Origin: Spirochaetia bacterium
GTDB taxonomy: Bacteria > Spirochaetota > Spirochaetia > SZUA-6 > Bin103
Length of the DNA stretch: 64,000 bases
Assembly: GCA_965208575.1 (NCBI GenBank)
Contig: CBDBOV010000003.1
Coordinates: 576,001-640,000 of the forward strand
Reading direction: 5' to 3'
Shown here: piece after piece, positions 50,023 through 60,669 of the stretch
How positions within the stretch are numbered: position 1 is the first letter of the stretch
Layout of the letters: each line of letters opens with the position of its first letter
The notes under the pieces: model-generated
What the model was told of the DNA's origin: nothing
Databases searched by the model: none
Seen by the model: only the letters and a program-made list of their open reading frames with translations
Made by a program: the position numbers and the translations under genes

Positions 50023-51518
50023 AGCGCCGCACCAGCCGCCTGCTGCGGGCGGGCATCGTCGTGGTGGTGCTGCTCGGCGCCGGTGCCGCACTGTGGCGGT
50101 TGTTCGCCAGCGACCCGGCGGCGGACGCCGTCCCGGTGACGGTGGAGGCGGCGCGCACCGCCACCCTGCGGGCGCGCGTGGTAGGGAGCTGCACGTTCCG
50201 GCCGCGGCGCAGCGTCACGGTGCTCAGCGAGACGGGCGGCCGCGCTGTTGCGATTCACGCCGCGGTAGGTGACGCGGTCAGCGCCGGTCAGGAGCTGGTG
50301 GTGCTCGACGACCGTGAGCTGCGGCTTGCATTGCGGCGCGCCGAGGCGGCGCGGCAGGACGCCGAGGACGGCGTGCGCGGCAACCTGCTTACGCTGCGCT
50401 CCAACCTGCGCGGCGCAGAGGCGGGCTGGCGGCGGGCGCACGATGCCCTGGAGCGCGACCGGAAGCTGCATGCCGCCGGCGGCGCGACGCGGGCCCAGGT
50501 GGATGCGGCGCTGCATGCCGAGCGCGATGCCTCCGAAGCGCTCCGCGGTGCGCGTGAGCAGCTCAACCTCGCGGCCGGCCGCGCGCCCGGCGCGGAGCCG
50601 GCGCTCGACCCGGCGGCGGACGCCGCCATCGTCGCGGCGGACGCCGGCGTGCTGCAGGCGCGGCTGGCGGCTCAGCAGGCGGCGCACGACCTGGAGCAGG
50701 CGATCCTGGCCGCCCCGCTGGCCGGAACCCTGACCGCGCTGGAGGCGACGCTCGGCAATCACCTGGCTCCCGGAGCGGCGGTAGCAACCGTCGCCACCCT
50801 GGACGACATCCTGGCCGAGGTGCAGATCGACGAGGTGGATATCGGCAAGCTGCAGGTGGGCCAGGAAGTGGTGCTGACCACCGACAGCGTGCGCGACGTC
50901 GAGCTGGCCGGCCGCATCGCGCTCATCCCGCCGGCGATGACCGACCACCGGGTGGCGGTGGAGGTGGCGGTGGACCAGCGCGGCCTGCCCGCGGGCGCCG
51001 TGTTGCGCGCCGGCGCCTCCTGCCGGGCGCGCATCGAGGCGGAGTTGAAGCGCGACGTGACGGTGGTGCCGTTTGCCGCGCTCCTGGAGCGTCCGGGCGG
51101 CAGCGTGGCGTTCGTGGCGGTTCTCGACGGCTCGGATGCCGCGGGCGCGACCGGTGCGGACGGCGGCGTTGCGGCCGAGACCGGCCCCGCCGCCGACCCG
51201 CCGGAGAGCGCCGACCGCGCCGCTGACGACGGCCCCGGCAACGCCACCGGCGATGGCGATGGCGACGAAACCGGCGAATTCGCGGATCCGGCACCGCGCT
51301 TGTACCGGTTGGAGCGGCGTGAAGTGGAGTTGGGCTCCTCCAGCGTCAGCGACGTGGAGGTGACCGCGGGAGTGGAGGAGGGTGAGCTGGTGGTGGTGGG
51401 CAACCTGTCACTGCTGCGCGACGGGCTGCTCGTCACCCTGGAGAGCGGCGACCTTGACGGCAACGAGGACGAGGAGAGTGGCGGGCCGTTCGGCCGGCGG
51501 CAGGACGACGAGCAGTGA
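50019..51518 (+). CDS. Efflux membrane fusion protein (MacA/YknX-like)
   Basis: [33 protein letters not shown] and [13 protein letters not shown] motifs. Confidence 0.87.
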   Translation: MKRRTSRLLRAGIVVVVLLGAGAALWRLFASDPAADAVPVTVEAARTATLRARVVGSCTFRPRRSVTVLSETGGRAVAIHAAVGDAVSAGQELVVLDDRELRLALRRAEAARQDAEDGVRGNLLTLRSNLRGAEAGWRRAHDALERDRKLHAAGGATRAQVDAALHAERDASEALRGAREQLNLAAGRAPGAEPALDPAADAAIVAADAGVLQARLAAQQAAHDLEQAILAAPLAGTLTALEATLGNHLAPGAAVATVATLDDILAEVQIDEVDIGKLQVGQEVVLTTDSVRDVELAGRIALIPPAMTDHRVAVEVAVDQRGLPAGAVLRAGASCRARIEAELKRDVTVVPFAALLERPGGSVAFVAVLDGSDAAGATGADGGVAAETGPAADPPESADRAADDGPGNATGDGDGDETGEFADPAPRLYRLERREVELGSSSVSDVEVTAGVEEGELVVVGNLSLLRDGLLVTLESGDLDGNEDEESGGPFGRRQDDEQ

Positions 51519-52210
51519 TTCGGCTCGCCGGGATCACCAAGGTATACCACATGGGCGAAGACGTGACGGTGAACGCGCTCGCGGGAATCGACCTGAAGAT
51601 CGGTGCGCGCGAGTTCGTCGCGGTGATGGGGCCGTCCGGCTCCGGCAAGTCGACGCTGATGAACATCATCGGCTGCCTGGACCGGCCCAGCGGGGGCCGC
51701 TACACCCTGGATGGCATCGACGTGGCGCGCATGAGCGACCGGGAATTGGCACAGGTGCGCAATGCGCGCGTCGGCTTCGTGTTCCAGACCTTCAACCTGC
51801 TGCCGCGCATGACCGCCCTGCGCAACGTCGAGCTGCCGCTGGTGTATGCCGGCGTGGCGCGCGGCGCACGCCAACGCCGAGCCACCGCGGCCCTGGTCCG
51901 CGTCGGCCTGGCCGACCGCACGCGGCATCGCCCCAACCAGCTCTCCGGAGGCCAGCGGCAACGCGTCGCCATCGCCCGCGCCCTGGTCAACAATCCCTCC
52001 ATCGTGTTCGCCGACGAGCCCACCGGCAACCTGGACACCGCCACCGGTAGCGAGATCATGGACCTGCTGGCCGACCTGCACGACGCCGGCGCCACCATCA
52101 TCCTGGTCACCCACGAGGCCGACGTCGCCGCCTACGCCGGCCGCGTCATCCACCTGCGCGACGGACGCATCACCGGCGACGAAGCGCGCACGGCGGCGCC
52201 GGCCGAGTAG
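51515..52210 (+). CDS. MacB/LolD-type ABC ATPase
   Basis: [28 protein letters not shown] and ADEPTGNLD motifs. Confidence 0.93.
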   Translation: MIRLAGITKVYHMGEDVTVNALAGIDLKIGAREFVAVMGPSGSGKSTLMNIIGCLDRPSGGRYTLDGIDVARMSDRELAQVRNARVGFVFQTFNLLPRMTALRNVELPLVYAGVARGARQRRATAALVRVGLADRTRHRPNQLSGGQRQRVAIARALVNNPSIVFADEPTGNLDTATGSEIMDLLADLHDAGATIILVTHEADVAAYAGRVIHLRDGRITGDEARTAAPAE

Positions 52211-52231
52211 CGGGAGGCGGCAGGAAGCAGC

Positions 52232-53446
52232 ATGCGCGTCACCGAGGGACTGCGCGAGGCGTTGGACACCGTGCGCCACAACAAGCTGCGCACCGCGCTG
52301 ACCATCCTCAGCATCGTGATCGGCGTCGCCTCGGTAATCGCGGTGATGGCGATCGGGATCATGGGCCGGCGCGCGATCATGGGCGACCTGGCAGCGCTCG
52401 GCGGCGCGCTGTACTGGATCGAAGCGGAGAATGGCGGATCGGAAGACGGGCGCCGCGACCAGCACCTGCGTATCGAGCACCTGGAGGCGATATCCGCGCT
52501 GGTCGCCGACACCAGCTCGGTGAGTCCGATCCTGCGCGGCGGCGCCGAGTTGCGCTTCCGCGACCGGCAGGCGCAGGCGTCGCTGTTCGGCGTCGGTGCG
52601 CAGTACTCGGAACTGTGGCCGCTGCCGGTACAGGCGGGGCGCTTTCTTGAACCGGACGAGGTTGCACAACGGCGCAAGGTGATCGTGCTCGGCGACCGCG
52701 TCGCGCACGCGCTGTTCGACGATGCCGAACGCGCCCTCGGCAGCATGGTGAGCGCGGGCGGGCTGCAGCTCCAGGTGGTCGGCGTGATGGCGGCGGACTT
52801 CCGCGCCGCCGGCGACGGCTCCGACGACCGCACCTGCTACCTGCCGCATGAACTGTATCGCAGTATCTACCCGTGGGATCCGGGTATCGGCCCGCACGTG
52901 CCCGAGGTGACCCTGCGCGCCCGCGACGCCGCGCGGCTCGGCGAATCGATGACGCTCGTGCAGCGCTTCCTCGACCGCGTGCTGCCCGGCTCGCCGTCGG
53001 TGCGGCCGTTCGTGGTGCAGACCGACCAGGCGCGGCTCGAAACCGAGGCCGAGGTGCTGCGCGTGATCAGCATGGTGGTGACCCTCGTGGCAGGCATTTC
53101 GCTGCTGGTCGGCGGCCTCGGGATCATGAACATCATGCTGGTGAGCGTCAGCGAACGCACCGTCGAGATCGGCCTGCGCAAGGCGGTAGGCGCCCGCGAC
53201 GGCGACATCCTCGGCCAGTTCCTGATCGAGTCGATGGTGATCTGCCTGCTGGGCGGGGTATGCGGCGTGGTGCTGGGATTCGGCGGTACGCTGGCGGTGG
53301 CGCTGGCCCTGGGCTGGAACCTGATCCTGCCGGAGGTTGCCGCCGTCGGCCTGGGGGTGGCGGTGGCGACCGGCCTGTTCTTCGGCGTCTACCCGGCAAC
53401 CAAGGCGGCGCGGCTGCCGCCGGTGGTCGCCCTGAGCCGGAATTAG
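52232..53446 (+). CDS. MacB/FtsX-type ABC permease
   Basis: KLRTALT..IGVASV and GIMNIMLVSVSERTVEIGLRKAVGA motifs. Confidence 0.9.
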   Translation: MRVTEGLREALDTVRHNKLRTALTILSIVIGVASVIAVMAIGIMGRRAIMGDLAALGGALYWIEAENGGSEDGRRDQHLRIEHLEAISALVADTSSVSPILRGGAELRFRDRQAQASLFGVGAQYSELWPLPVQAGRFLEPDEVAQRRKVIVLGDRVAHALFDDAERALGSMVSAGGLQLQVVGVMAADFRAAGDGSDDRTCYLPHELYRSIYPWDPGIGPHVPEVTLRARDAARLGESMTLVQRFLDRVLPGSPSVRPFVVQTDQARLETEAEVLRVISMVVTLVAGISLLVGGLGIMNIMLVSVSERTVEIGLRKAVGARDGDILGQFLIESMVICLLGGVCGVVLGFGGTLAVALALGWNLILPEVAAVGLGVAVATGLFFGVYPATKAARLPPVVALSRN

Positions 53447-53460
53447 CAAGAGGCCCACGC

Positions 53461-54696
53461 GTGGGTATCGGCGCCCTGATCATGGCCGCGCTGGCGGCGG
53501 TCGCGGACAATCGATTTCGCGCTACCCTGGCGCTGCTCGGCATCACCATCGGCGTCGGCTCGGTGATCGCGATCGTGGGCCTCGGCGACGGCGCCAAGCT
53601 GGTGATACGCGACGCGATTTCGCGCTTCGGCGCCGGCTCGCTGATGGTGCTGCCCAACTACCAGGTGATCGAGGCCAGCGACGGCCGCTACGAGTGGCCG
53701 TCGATCACGCGCGAGGACATCGCGCAGATCAACGCCGGGGCGGACGCGGTTCGGGCGGTGACCCCGCAGGCCAACTGGAGCGGTTTCTCCGCGCGCCGCG
53801 CCGGCCGCGCCCGCGAGGTGGAGATCTTCGGCACGCTGCATCACTTCCTGGCGGTAAACTCATCCACGCGCCTGGCGCGCGGACGTTTCCTGCACCCGGA
53901 GGACGACCGCCTGCAGCGCAAGGTGGCGGTGCTCGGGGCGGGCGTCGCCGCCGACCTGTTCCCGGACCAGGCGGCCCTGGGCGAGTTGATTTCGATCGAA
54001 AACTGGTTCGAGCTGGAGGTGATCGGCATCCTCGCTCCCGAGGCGGACTCGTTGCTCGAGGTGGGGGAGGAGTTCACGGTCGATGACCGCGTGTTCGTGC
54101 CAATCTCGACCCTGGAGCGCGTCACCCGATTCGACGACGTGGTGTCGATTCTGTGGGGTGAAGCGGTCAGCCTGCGCGCGATCGAGGCCGCCAAGCAGCA
54201 GATTGTGGCGATTCTGGACGCCAACCACGGCCGCTTCGACGGCGTCCATCACAAGTTCGTGGTGCACGACTGGGCGCAGCTCCTGTCCACCATCGAGTCC
54301 ACCACCGGCACGATTACCGCGCTGGTTTCGATCCTGGGCGTCATCTCGCTGGTGGTGGCCGGCATCGGGGTGATGAACATCATGCTGGTGTCGGTGCGCG
54401 AGCGCACGCGCGAGATCGGCACCCGCAAGGCGCTCGGCGCGCAGCCGGCCGCGATCCTCAACCAGTTCATGGTGGAAGCGGTGCTGGTGTGCGGCGGAGG
54501 CGGCCTGGCCGGCGTCGGCCTGGCGGCCGCCGTGATCTCCGGCATCGCCGAGGCGACCGACTGGCCCGGCCTGATCACGTGGCCGACCGTCCGGCTGGCG
54601 TTCCTGATGTCGTTCGGCACCGGCCTGGTATTCGGCCTCTACCCTGCCAGCCGCGCCGCCCGCCTGCCCCCGGTCGAAGCCCTGCGCCACGACTGA
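53461..54696 (+). CDS. MacB/FtsX-type ABC permease (second paralogue)
   Basis: GVMNIMLVSVRERTREIGTRKALGA and YPASRAARLPPVEALR motifs. Confidence 0.9.
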   Translation: MGIGALIMAALAAVADNRFRATLALLGITIGVGSVIAIVGLGDGAKLVIRDAISRFGAGSLMVLPNYQVIEASDGRYEWPSITREDIAQINAGADAVRAVTPQANWSGFSARRAGRAREVEIFGTLHHFLAVNSSTRLARGRFLHPEDDRLQRKVAVLGAGVAADLFPDQAALGELISIENWFELEVIGILAPEADSLLEVGEEFTVDDRVFVPISTLERVTRFDDVVSILWGEAVSLRAIEAAKQQIVAILDANHGRFDGVHHKFVVHDWAQLLSTIESTTGTITALVSILGVISLVVAGIGVMNIMLVSVRERTREIGTRKALGAQPAAILNQFMVEAVLVCGGGGLAGVGLAAAVISGIAEATDWPGLITWPTVRLAFLMSFGTGLVFGLYPASRAARLPPVEALRHD

Positions 54697-54799
54697 CCGC
54701 GAGCGAATAAAACATGCTACGGTAGGCAGGTAACACCCGCGGCCAAGCGGGCGTGCAACAAGATTCGCGCTATGTTTTTCGTGACGACCCTCGACGACG

Positions 54800-55314
54800 A
54801 TGCCAACATACTCCGACGCTGAGCTGGAGTTGCTGATGGCGGACCTGGAGTCCGACCTGGTGGAGCGGAAGGAGTCGGCCGCCGACGGCCGGAAGATCCG
54901 CCGCAACATCTGCGCTTTCGCCAACGACCTGCCCGGGAGCGGCCGCGCCGGGGTCGTGCTGGTAGGCGTTCGCGACGATGGTTCCTGCGCGTCCCTGACG
55001 ATCAACGACGAGTTGTTGACCCGGCTAGCGAACATTCATGGAGAGGGCGACATTCTGCCGCTACCGTCAATGACCGTCCAGAAGCGGGTACTCGATGGCT
55101 GCCCGGTGGCGGTCATAACCGTCGAGCCGTCGCTTGATCCGCCGGTGCGATACCGCGGCCGAGTCTGGGTCCGCGTCGGTCCGTCGGTGCGCGAGGCGGC
55201 GGTCTCCGATGAGCGCATGCTGCTCGCCGGACACTCGCCGAGAATGGCAACCCTCCTCCGGAATTCAACTTCCAACCGACGCTGGTGGTAGCCACCGTCC
55301 GGATTGCAGCGTGA
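54800..55314 (+). pseudogene. AlbA_2 (Schlafen-like) domain gene, internally deleted
   Basis: ESDLVERKES...ICAFANDLP...VGVRDDG N-terminus. An out-of-frame tail LAENGNPPPEF...VRIAA* ends in a GTGA overlap with parA. Confidence 0.7.
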
Positions 55315-56300
55315 CGAGCATCGCGGTATTCAACAACAGGGGCGGCGCCGGGAAGACCTCGCTCGTCTATCATCTCGCGTGGATGTATGCCGAACTGGAC
55401 TTCGACGTTGTGGTGGCCGATCTGGATCCGCAAGCCAACCTGACCAGCATGTTTCTGGACGACGACGAGATCGAGGATCTGTGGGCAGGCGACAGCCGTA
55501 GCCGAACGATCCATGCATCTTTGCGCCCGCTCCTGGACGGAACGGGGGATGTCGCGGAACCGCACGTGATCGAGCCGACGACGGGTATAGGGCTGGTTGC
55601 CGGGGACATGCTGCTGTCGGGCGCGGAAGATGAACTGGCAAGCAATTGGCCCGACTGTCTCGATCGCAAGCCGCGAGCATTCCGCGTGCTGTCTGCTTTT
55701 TGGCGAACACTGCACATGGCGGCGGAGGCGAAAGGAGCAGACCTGATTCTGGTTGACGTCGGCCCCAATCTCGGCGCGCTGAATCGGGCAGCTCTCGTTA
55801 CGGCCGATTACGTCGTGGTGCCCCTGGCGCCGGACCTCTACTCCGTACAGGGTCTGCGCAACCTTGGCCCGACCCTGCGGCAGTGGCGGCGGGAGTGGTC
55901 GGAGCGCCGCGATCGCAACCCGGTAACCGATCTCGACATGCCTCGGGGGAAGATGCACCCCGTCGGATACGTGGTGCTGCAACATGCCGCGCGGCTCAAC
56001 CGTCCGGTGAAGGCCTATGAACGTTGGATGGAACGCATTCCGGGCGCGTACCGCGAGTTCGTGATCGACAAGTCAACGACGCGTACGCCATCGACCTACA
56101 CCGATCCGCACTGCCTTGCGACGTTGAAGCACTTCCGGAGCCTGATGCCGCTGGCGCAGGAGGCGCGCAAGCCGATGTTCGCTCTGAAGCCGGCGGACGG
56201 CGCCCTCGGCGGCCACGCCAACGCCGTGCGGGGCTGCTACCGCGACTTTCGTGCGCTCGCGCGCGAAGTGGCGACCCGTTGCGGCGTGACTCCCGAGTGA
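55311..56300 (+). CDS. ParA/Soj-family ATPase
   Basis: FNNRGGAGKT, DLDPQANLT and VDVGPNLGALNR motifs. Confidence 0.88.
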   Translation: MTSIAVFNNRGGAGKTSLVYHLAWMYAELDFDVVVADLDPQANLTSMFLDDDEIEDLWAGDSRSRTIHASLRPLLDGTGDVAEPHVIEPTTGIGLVAGDMLLSGAEDELASNWPDCLDRKPRAFRVLSAFWRTLHMAAEAKGADLILVDVGPNLGALNRAALVTADYVVVPLAPDLYSVQGLRNLGPTLRQWRREWSERRDRNPVTDLDMPRGKMHPVGYVVLQHAARLNRPVKAYERWMERIPGAYREFVIDKSTTRTPSTYTDPHCLATLKHFRSLMPLAQEARKPMFALKPADGALGGHANAVRGCYRDFRALAREVATRCGVTPE

Positions 56301-56319
56301 ACGGCGTGCCGTATCAGTC

Positions 56320-57558
56320 TCAGCGGGGTGCGGCGGAGGGGGCCACCGTGGCGAGGGGGTCGCCGGCGGAGTCGAGCGCGGCGGCGCGGGCGCGCGCGGC
56401 GGCGGAGCGTTGCGGGAGGTCGGCTTGCGACAGCACGGGCGGGTGCGCGGTGGGCGGCAGGGGCGTGTCGTACTGGTATCCGGGCTCCTCCTGCTGGCGC
56501 TTCCAGATGGCCAGGATCTCGCGCCACGAGCCGAGCAGCGTGCGCGGCGCCGGCACGTCGTCCCGGATCACCCGATACAGGCGGGCGAGGTTGTAGCACG
56601 GCACGCCGGCGTACATGTGGTGCTCGGTGTGCCAGTTCATGCCCCAGTACAGGAACTCCGAGATCGGGTCGAGGGTGTTGCTGCGCACGCACAGGCGGAA
56701 GTCGGGCACGTTGTCGCGCAGGCCGGCGTGCATCGGCCCCCCAACCAGCCAGCGCAGCCAGTGGCCGATCGCCAGGTGCGCGGTGAGCAGCAGGGCCAGG
56801 ATCGGCACGCCCAGGGCGACCGGCACCGCGACCGCGGCGCCCAGGGAAAGCAGGATGAAGCGCGCCGCCCACACCGCCCTGCGGCGCATGGCCGGCGCGT
56901 CGCGGTAGATCGCTCGCATCCACTCGCCGTCCCAGTCGCCGCCGGCGCCGGTGGCGGACGGGTAGCGGTCAAGCGCGGTGATCACGTGCAGGCTCAGCAC
57001 CGGCCACAGCCCGGCGGACTGGTAGCCGCCGGTGATGTTGACCGTGAACAACTGCAGCAGGTAGAGGAACCGATACGTGGGGTTCTGCGGCAGCACCACC
57101 TCGCGGTCGCCCTGCGGGTGCAGCGTGTAGCGGTGGTGGTAGCTGTGGCTCACCTTGAAGTCGTAGATGTTGACGAACCCGAACAGGCAGAACACGCGCG
57201 TGAACAGCCCGTTCAGCCACTTGGTCCGGAACACCGTGCCGTGCCCGAGTTCGTGGATCGCCGCGCCCTTGAAGAACGAGCCCACCACGCCGTGCGCCAT
57301 CAGCGCGACCGCGAACAGCGGCCACAGCTCCGCCGCGAACAGCAGCCAGGTCAGCGCGCCGGTCGCCGCCCACAGCAGCAGGTGGCCGACGCTGTGCAGG
57401 CCGCCGCGCCAGTCGCTGCGCCGCATCAGTTCGCGCAGCAGCGCCGGCTCCACCGGCGAACGGTACCACTTGACCCGGAAGTCGCGCCGCACCTCCGCCA
57501 GCGGCTGGAATTCGCCGGCCATGGGTTCCACCGTCCCGTTGCTCGTCGTCGAAGCCAT
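56320..57558 (-). CDS. Membrane fatty-acid desaturase family protein
   Basis: Three His boxes HELGH, HSYHH and HTEHH; VPCYNL. Confidence 0.88.
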   Translation of the reverse strand: MASTTSNGTVEPMAGEFQPLAEVRRDFRVKWYRSPVEPALLRELMRRSDWRGGLHSVGHLLLWAATGALTWLLFAAELWPLFAVALMAHGVVGSFFKGAAIHELGHGTVFRTKWLNGLFTRVFCLFGFVNIYDFKVSHSYHHRYTLHPQGDREVVLPQNPTYRFLYLLQLFTVNITGGYQSAGLWPVLSLHVITALDRYPSATGAGGDWDGEWMRAIYRDAPAMRRRAVWAARFILLSLGAAVAVPVALGVPILALLLTAHLAIGHWLRWLVGGPMHAGLRDNVPDFRLCVRSNTLDPISEFLYWGMNWHTEHHMYAGVPCYNLARLYRVIRDDVPAPRTLLGSWREILAIWKRQQEEPGYQYDTPLPPTAHPPVLSQADLPQRSAAARARAAALDSAGDPLATVAPSAAPR

Positions 57559-57694
57559 CGTGATTGCTTTACAGATACACCGCCCGGAACGTGTTGGCTA
57601 CCCCGCGTCCGCAATACTCTGCCGCGACTGCTCCGCGACCGGGGCAATCTGCTCAGGCGGCAACCGTATTCGGCTGCGATCCGAATCGCCCCGA

Positions 57695-57805
57695 CTACTC
57701 CGACCCCGGCAACGGAACCGGGGCGCCGGTGTCCAGGCTGCGGTAAATGGCCGCGACCAGATCCACCGCCTTCTTCGACTCCGGGCCGTTGCTCAGCGGG
57801 GTTTC
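57695..57805 (-). pseudogene. Orphan C-terminal fragment of a Gfo/Idh/MocA oxidoreductase
   Basis: Hand translation ETPLSNGPESKKAVDLVAAIYRSLDTGAPVPLPGSE* matches the family's C-terminal AIYxS..TG..V.LP pattern. Confidence 0.65.
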
Positions 57806-57849
57806 GCCGAACTGCCGGCGTGTTTCGTCCGTGCTATTATGCCGCTGTG

Positions 57850-60669
57850 ATGCAGACTGCGGCGGTCAGGTCTCGTCCGTTGCTCGCCGGCGCCGCCGCC
57901 AAGCGCCGCGTCGCCGGCGTCGCGCTGCTGCTCGTCATCCTGGTGCCGTTCGCGGCGTTGAACCGGCTCCCCAAGCTGGATACGGTGCGCGAGGATCTGC
58001 GCGCTGCGCTTGCCCCCACCGCGCAGTGTTTTCAGGGGTTCTGCATCGAGGACCCCGACCGGGCGGGCGAACGGAGTGGGTTCTTCGAACGTTGGTGGCG
58101 ATTCTCCGTGACCTACCTGCAGCTCGTTGCCGTCGGGATGTTGTTCGCGTTCGCGGCCGCCGCCATTGCCGAGGCTTTCCTGGTCGCCGAGGTGTCGGTG
58201 AGTGCAGGCGCCACTACCGCGCCCGCTGGACCCGGGCGTTGGCGACGCATCCTGAAGGGCATCGGTCTCGGCCCCGTGCTCAACCTCTGTTCGGCCTGCA
58301 TCGCTCCGGTGTCCAGCACGCTGCGGCGCGGCGGCATGGGAGTGGAGGGCGCGCTCGCGCTGGTGCACGGATCGGCCACGCTGAACGTGCCGTCGCTGCT
58401 GATGATCGCCGTGGTGTTCACGCCCCTGCTCGGTGCGAGCCGGCTCGTTCTCGGGCTGGTCGCCGCGCTGTCGCTGGGGCCCCTGGTCGCGTGGGCGGTG
58501 CGCCGGCGCGGCGCGCGCCTGGACGACCGCGCGGGCGCCGAGGTCGCGTGCGAGCTGCCGGCGATGGCAGCGGAAACGGCGACCTGGTCGGAGGTGCTGC
58601 GCACCGGCGGCGCGGCGTGGCTGCGCTCGTTCGTCCGCCTGGTGCGGCGCATGTTGCCGCTCATGATCGTGGCCGGCTTCGCCAGCGGCGCGGCCATCCA
58701 GGCGTTGCAACCGGAGACCGTTACCGCCTACCTCGGCGACAGCCTGCTGGGGGTGGTAATCGCGGCGACGCTCGGGGTGCTTATCAACGTGCCGCTGCTG
58801 TTCGAGATCCCGCTGGTCGCGCTACTGCTGATCCTCGGCGCCGGCACCGCGCCGGCCGCGGCGCTGCTGTTCGCCGCCGCCGCCGCGGGGCCGGTCACTT
58901 TCCTCGCGCTTGCCAAGGCCCTCGGTCGCCGCGGCGTCGCCGTCTACGCGGGCGGCACCTGGGCCATCGCCGTCCTTGGGGGATGCGCGGTGCTGCTGGT
59001 GGGGGCGCTGCTGGGGCCGGAGCGGGCGGCGCTGCGACTCGACGGCGGTGCAGCTACCGAGCGCACCGGCCACGTGGGCGCCGTGCCCAACGCCATCGTG
59101 CTGGCCACCTGCGCCGGTGAGCCGGCGCTGTGCCCGGAGCAGAGCGGACTCCGTTGGCCGCACACGCCCACCATCCATGGGCACTCGGTGACCAGTGCCG
59201 GGGGCGCCGTCGGCGACTTCGACCGGGACGGTTGGCAGGACCTGTTCGTGCCGTCGGGCGGCACCTCGCCCGACCGGCTGTACATGAACAACGGCGACGG
59301 CACGTTCACGGACCGCGCCGCCGAGGCCGGAATCGCGGCCCGCCATCACGGCTACGGCGCGGCCGTCGGCGACGTGGACGGCGATGGCTGGCTCGACATC
59401 TTCGTCATCAGCTACGGCAGCGTGGACCAGCGCTTCACCATGCCCGGCAACCACCGCCTGTACCGCAACAACGGCGACGGCACGTTCACCGACATCGCCG
59501 CCCGCGCGGGGGTGGCGACCACCAGCCTCAAGCAGCCGACCGGCACCGGGGCCAGCTTCGGCGACTACGACCTCGACGGCGACCTGGACCTGGCCGTGGC
59601 CTCGTGGTTCTACGGCGAGGGGGGCAACGCGCTGTTCCGGAACAACGGCGACGGGACGTTCGAGAACGTGACCTCACTGCTGCCATTCGGTGGCAAGCGT
59701 GCCCCGATGGGGTATACGCCGCTGTTCGCCGACATGGACGGCGACCGCTATCCCGAGTTGCTGTGGGCCGCCGACTACTTCACCAGCAGCTACCTGCGCA
59801 ACGACGGCGGTGGCGGCTTCACCGACATCACCGCGCAATCCGGGACCGGGCTGGACGCCAACGGCATGGGCGCAGCGGCAGCCGATCTCGACAACGACGG
59901 CAGGCTCGACTGGTTCGTCACCTCAATCAGCACACGGTATGCGGTCGACAAGGCGCCGGGTACCGGGAACTTCCTGTACCGCAACCAGGGCGGCCATCGC
60001 TACGAGTCGGTCGGCGACCGCGCGGGGGTCGAGGAGGGCGGCTGGGGATGGGGTGCCGCGGCGGTGGATCTGGACCACGACGGCTGGCTCGACCTCGTGC
60101 AGACCAACGGCTGGGAGGGCCACAACGGCCGCGACGATCCCGAGTGGGCGTCCGAGACGACCAGGGTGTTCCGCAACCTCACCGCCGTCTCGTCCGAGCT
60201 GACCTTCGCCGACGTCGCCGAACAAGCGGGCCTCGTGCACCGCGGGCAGGGCCGCGGAGTGGTTCACCTCGACTATGACAATGACGGCGACCAGGACCTG
60301 GTGATCTTCAACAACGGCGGGCTACCCACGTTGGTGCGCAACGAGATCGACACGGGTACGGACGGTAGCGGGCACTGGCTGCGCGTGTTTCTGGACACCG
60401 CAGCGCGTGCAGACTTGGCGCCCGACGGTTTCGGCAGCCTGGTCGCGGTGCGCTCCGGCGATCTTCGCCAGGTGCGCTACGTCGGCGCTGCGGCCGGCTA
60501 CCTCGGCCCGTCCGAGCTGTCGGCCCACTTCGGTCTCGGCGCCGCGCCGGTGGTGGACGAGCTGCAGGTGCACTGGGCCGACGGCAGCACCTCCACCTAC
60601 CACCAGGTGCCCACCAACCGCACCCTCACCATCACGGCGCGTCAGGAGTCTGTCGGATTGGCGCGTTAG
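57850..60669 (+). CDS. Fusion: ArsP/DUF318-like permease + FG-GAP repeats + ASPIC/UnbV C-terminal domain
   Basis: TM region with LNLCSACIAP; repeated DxDxDGxxD and LYRNNGDGTFTD; C-terminal GYLG....AHFGLG...VHWADG. Confidence 0.8.
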   Translation: MQTAAVRSRPLLAGAAAKRRVAGVALLLVILVPFAALNRLPKLDTVREDLRAALAPTAQCFQGFCIEDPDRAGERSGFFERWWRFSVTYLQLVAVGMLFAFAAAAIAEAFLVAEVSVSAGATTAPAGPGRWRRILKGIGLGPVLNLCSACIAPVSSTLRRGGMGVEGALALVHGSATLNVPSLLMIAVVFTPLLGASRLVLGLVAALSLGPLVAWAVRRRGARLDDRAGAEVACELPAMAAETATWSEVLRTGGAAWLRSFVRLVRRMLPLMIVAGFASGAAIQALQPETVTAYLGDSLLGVVIAATLGVLINVPLLFEIPLVALLLILGAGTAPAAALLFAAAAAGPVTFLALAKALGRRGVAVYAGGTWAIAVLGGCAVLLVGALLGPERAALRLDGGAATERTGHVGAVPNAIVLATCAGEPALCPEQSGLRWPHTPTIHGHSVTSAGGAVGDFDRDGWQDLFVPSGGTSPDRLYMNNGDGTFTDRAAEAGIAARHHGYGAAVGDVDGDGWLDIFVISYGSVDQRFTMPGNHRLYRNNGDGTFTDIAARAGVATTSLKQPTGTGASFGDYDLDGDLDLAVASWFYGEGGNALFRNNGDGTFENVTSLLPFGGKRAPMGYTPLFADMDGDRYPELLWAADYFTSSYLRNDGGGGFTDITAQSGTGLDANGMGAAAADLDNDGRLDWFVTSISTRYAVDKAPGTGNFLYRNQGGHRYESVGDRAGVEEGGWGWGAAAVDLDHDGWLDLVQTNGWEGHNGRDDPEWASETTRVFRNLTAVSSELTFADVAEQAGLVHRGQGRGVVHLDYDNDGDQDLVIFNNGGLPTLVRNEIDTGTDGSGHWLRVFLDTAARADLAPDGFGSLVAVRSGDLRQVRYVGAAAGYLGPSELSAHFGLGAAPVVDELQVHWADGSTSTYHQVPTNRTLTITARQESVGLAR

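Noticed and set aside
56410-57849. N-terminal ~480 aa of the 1419-aa ORF
   Set aside because: Antisense to the desaturase; the credible protein starts at ~57850.
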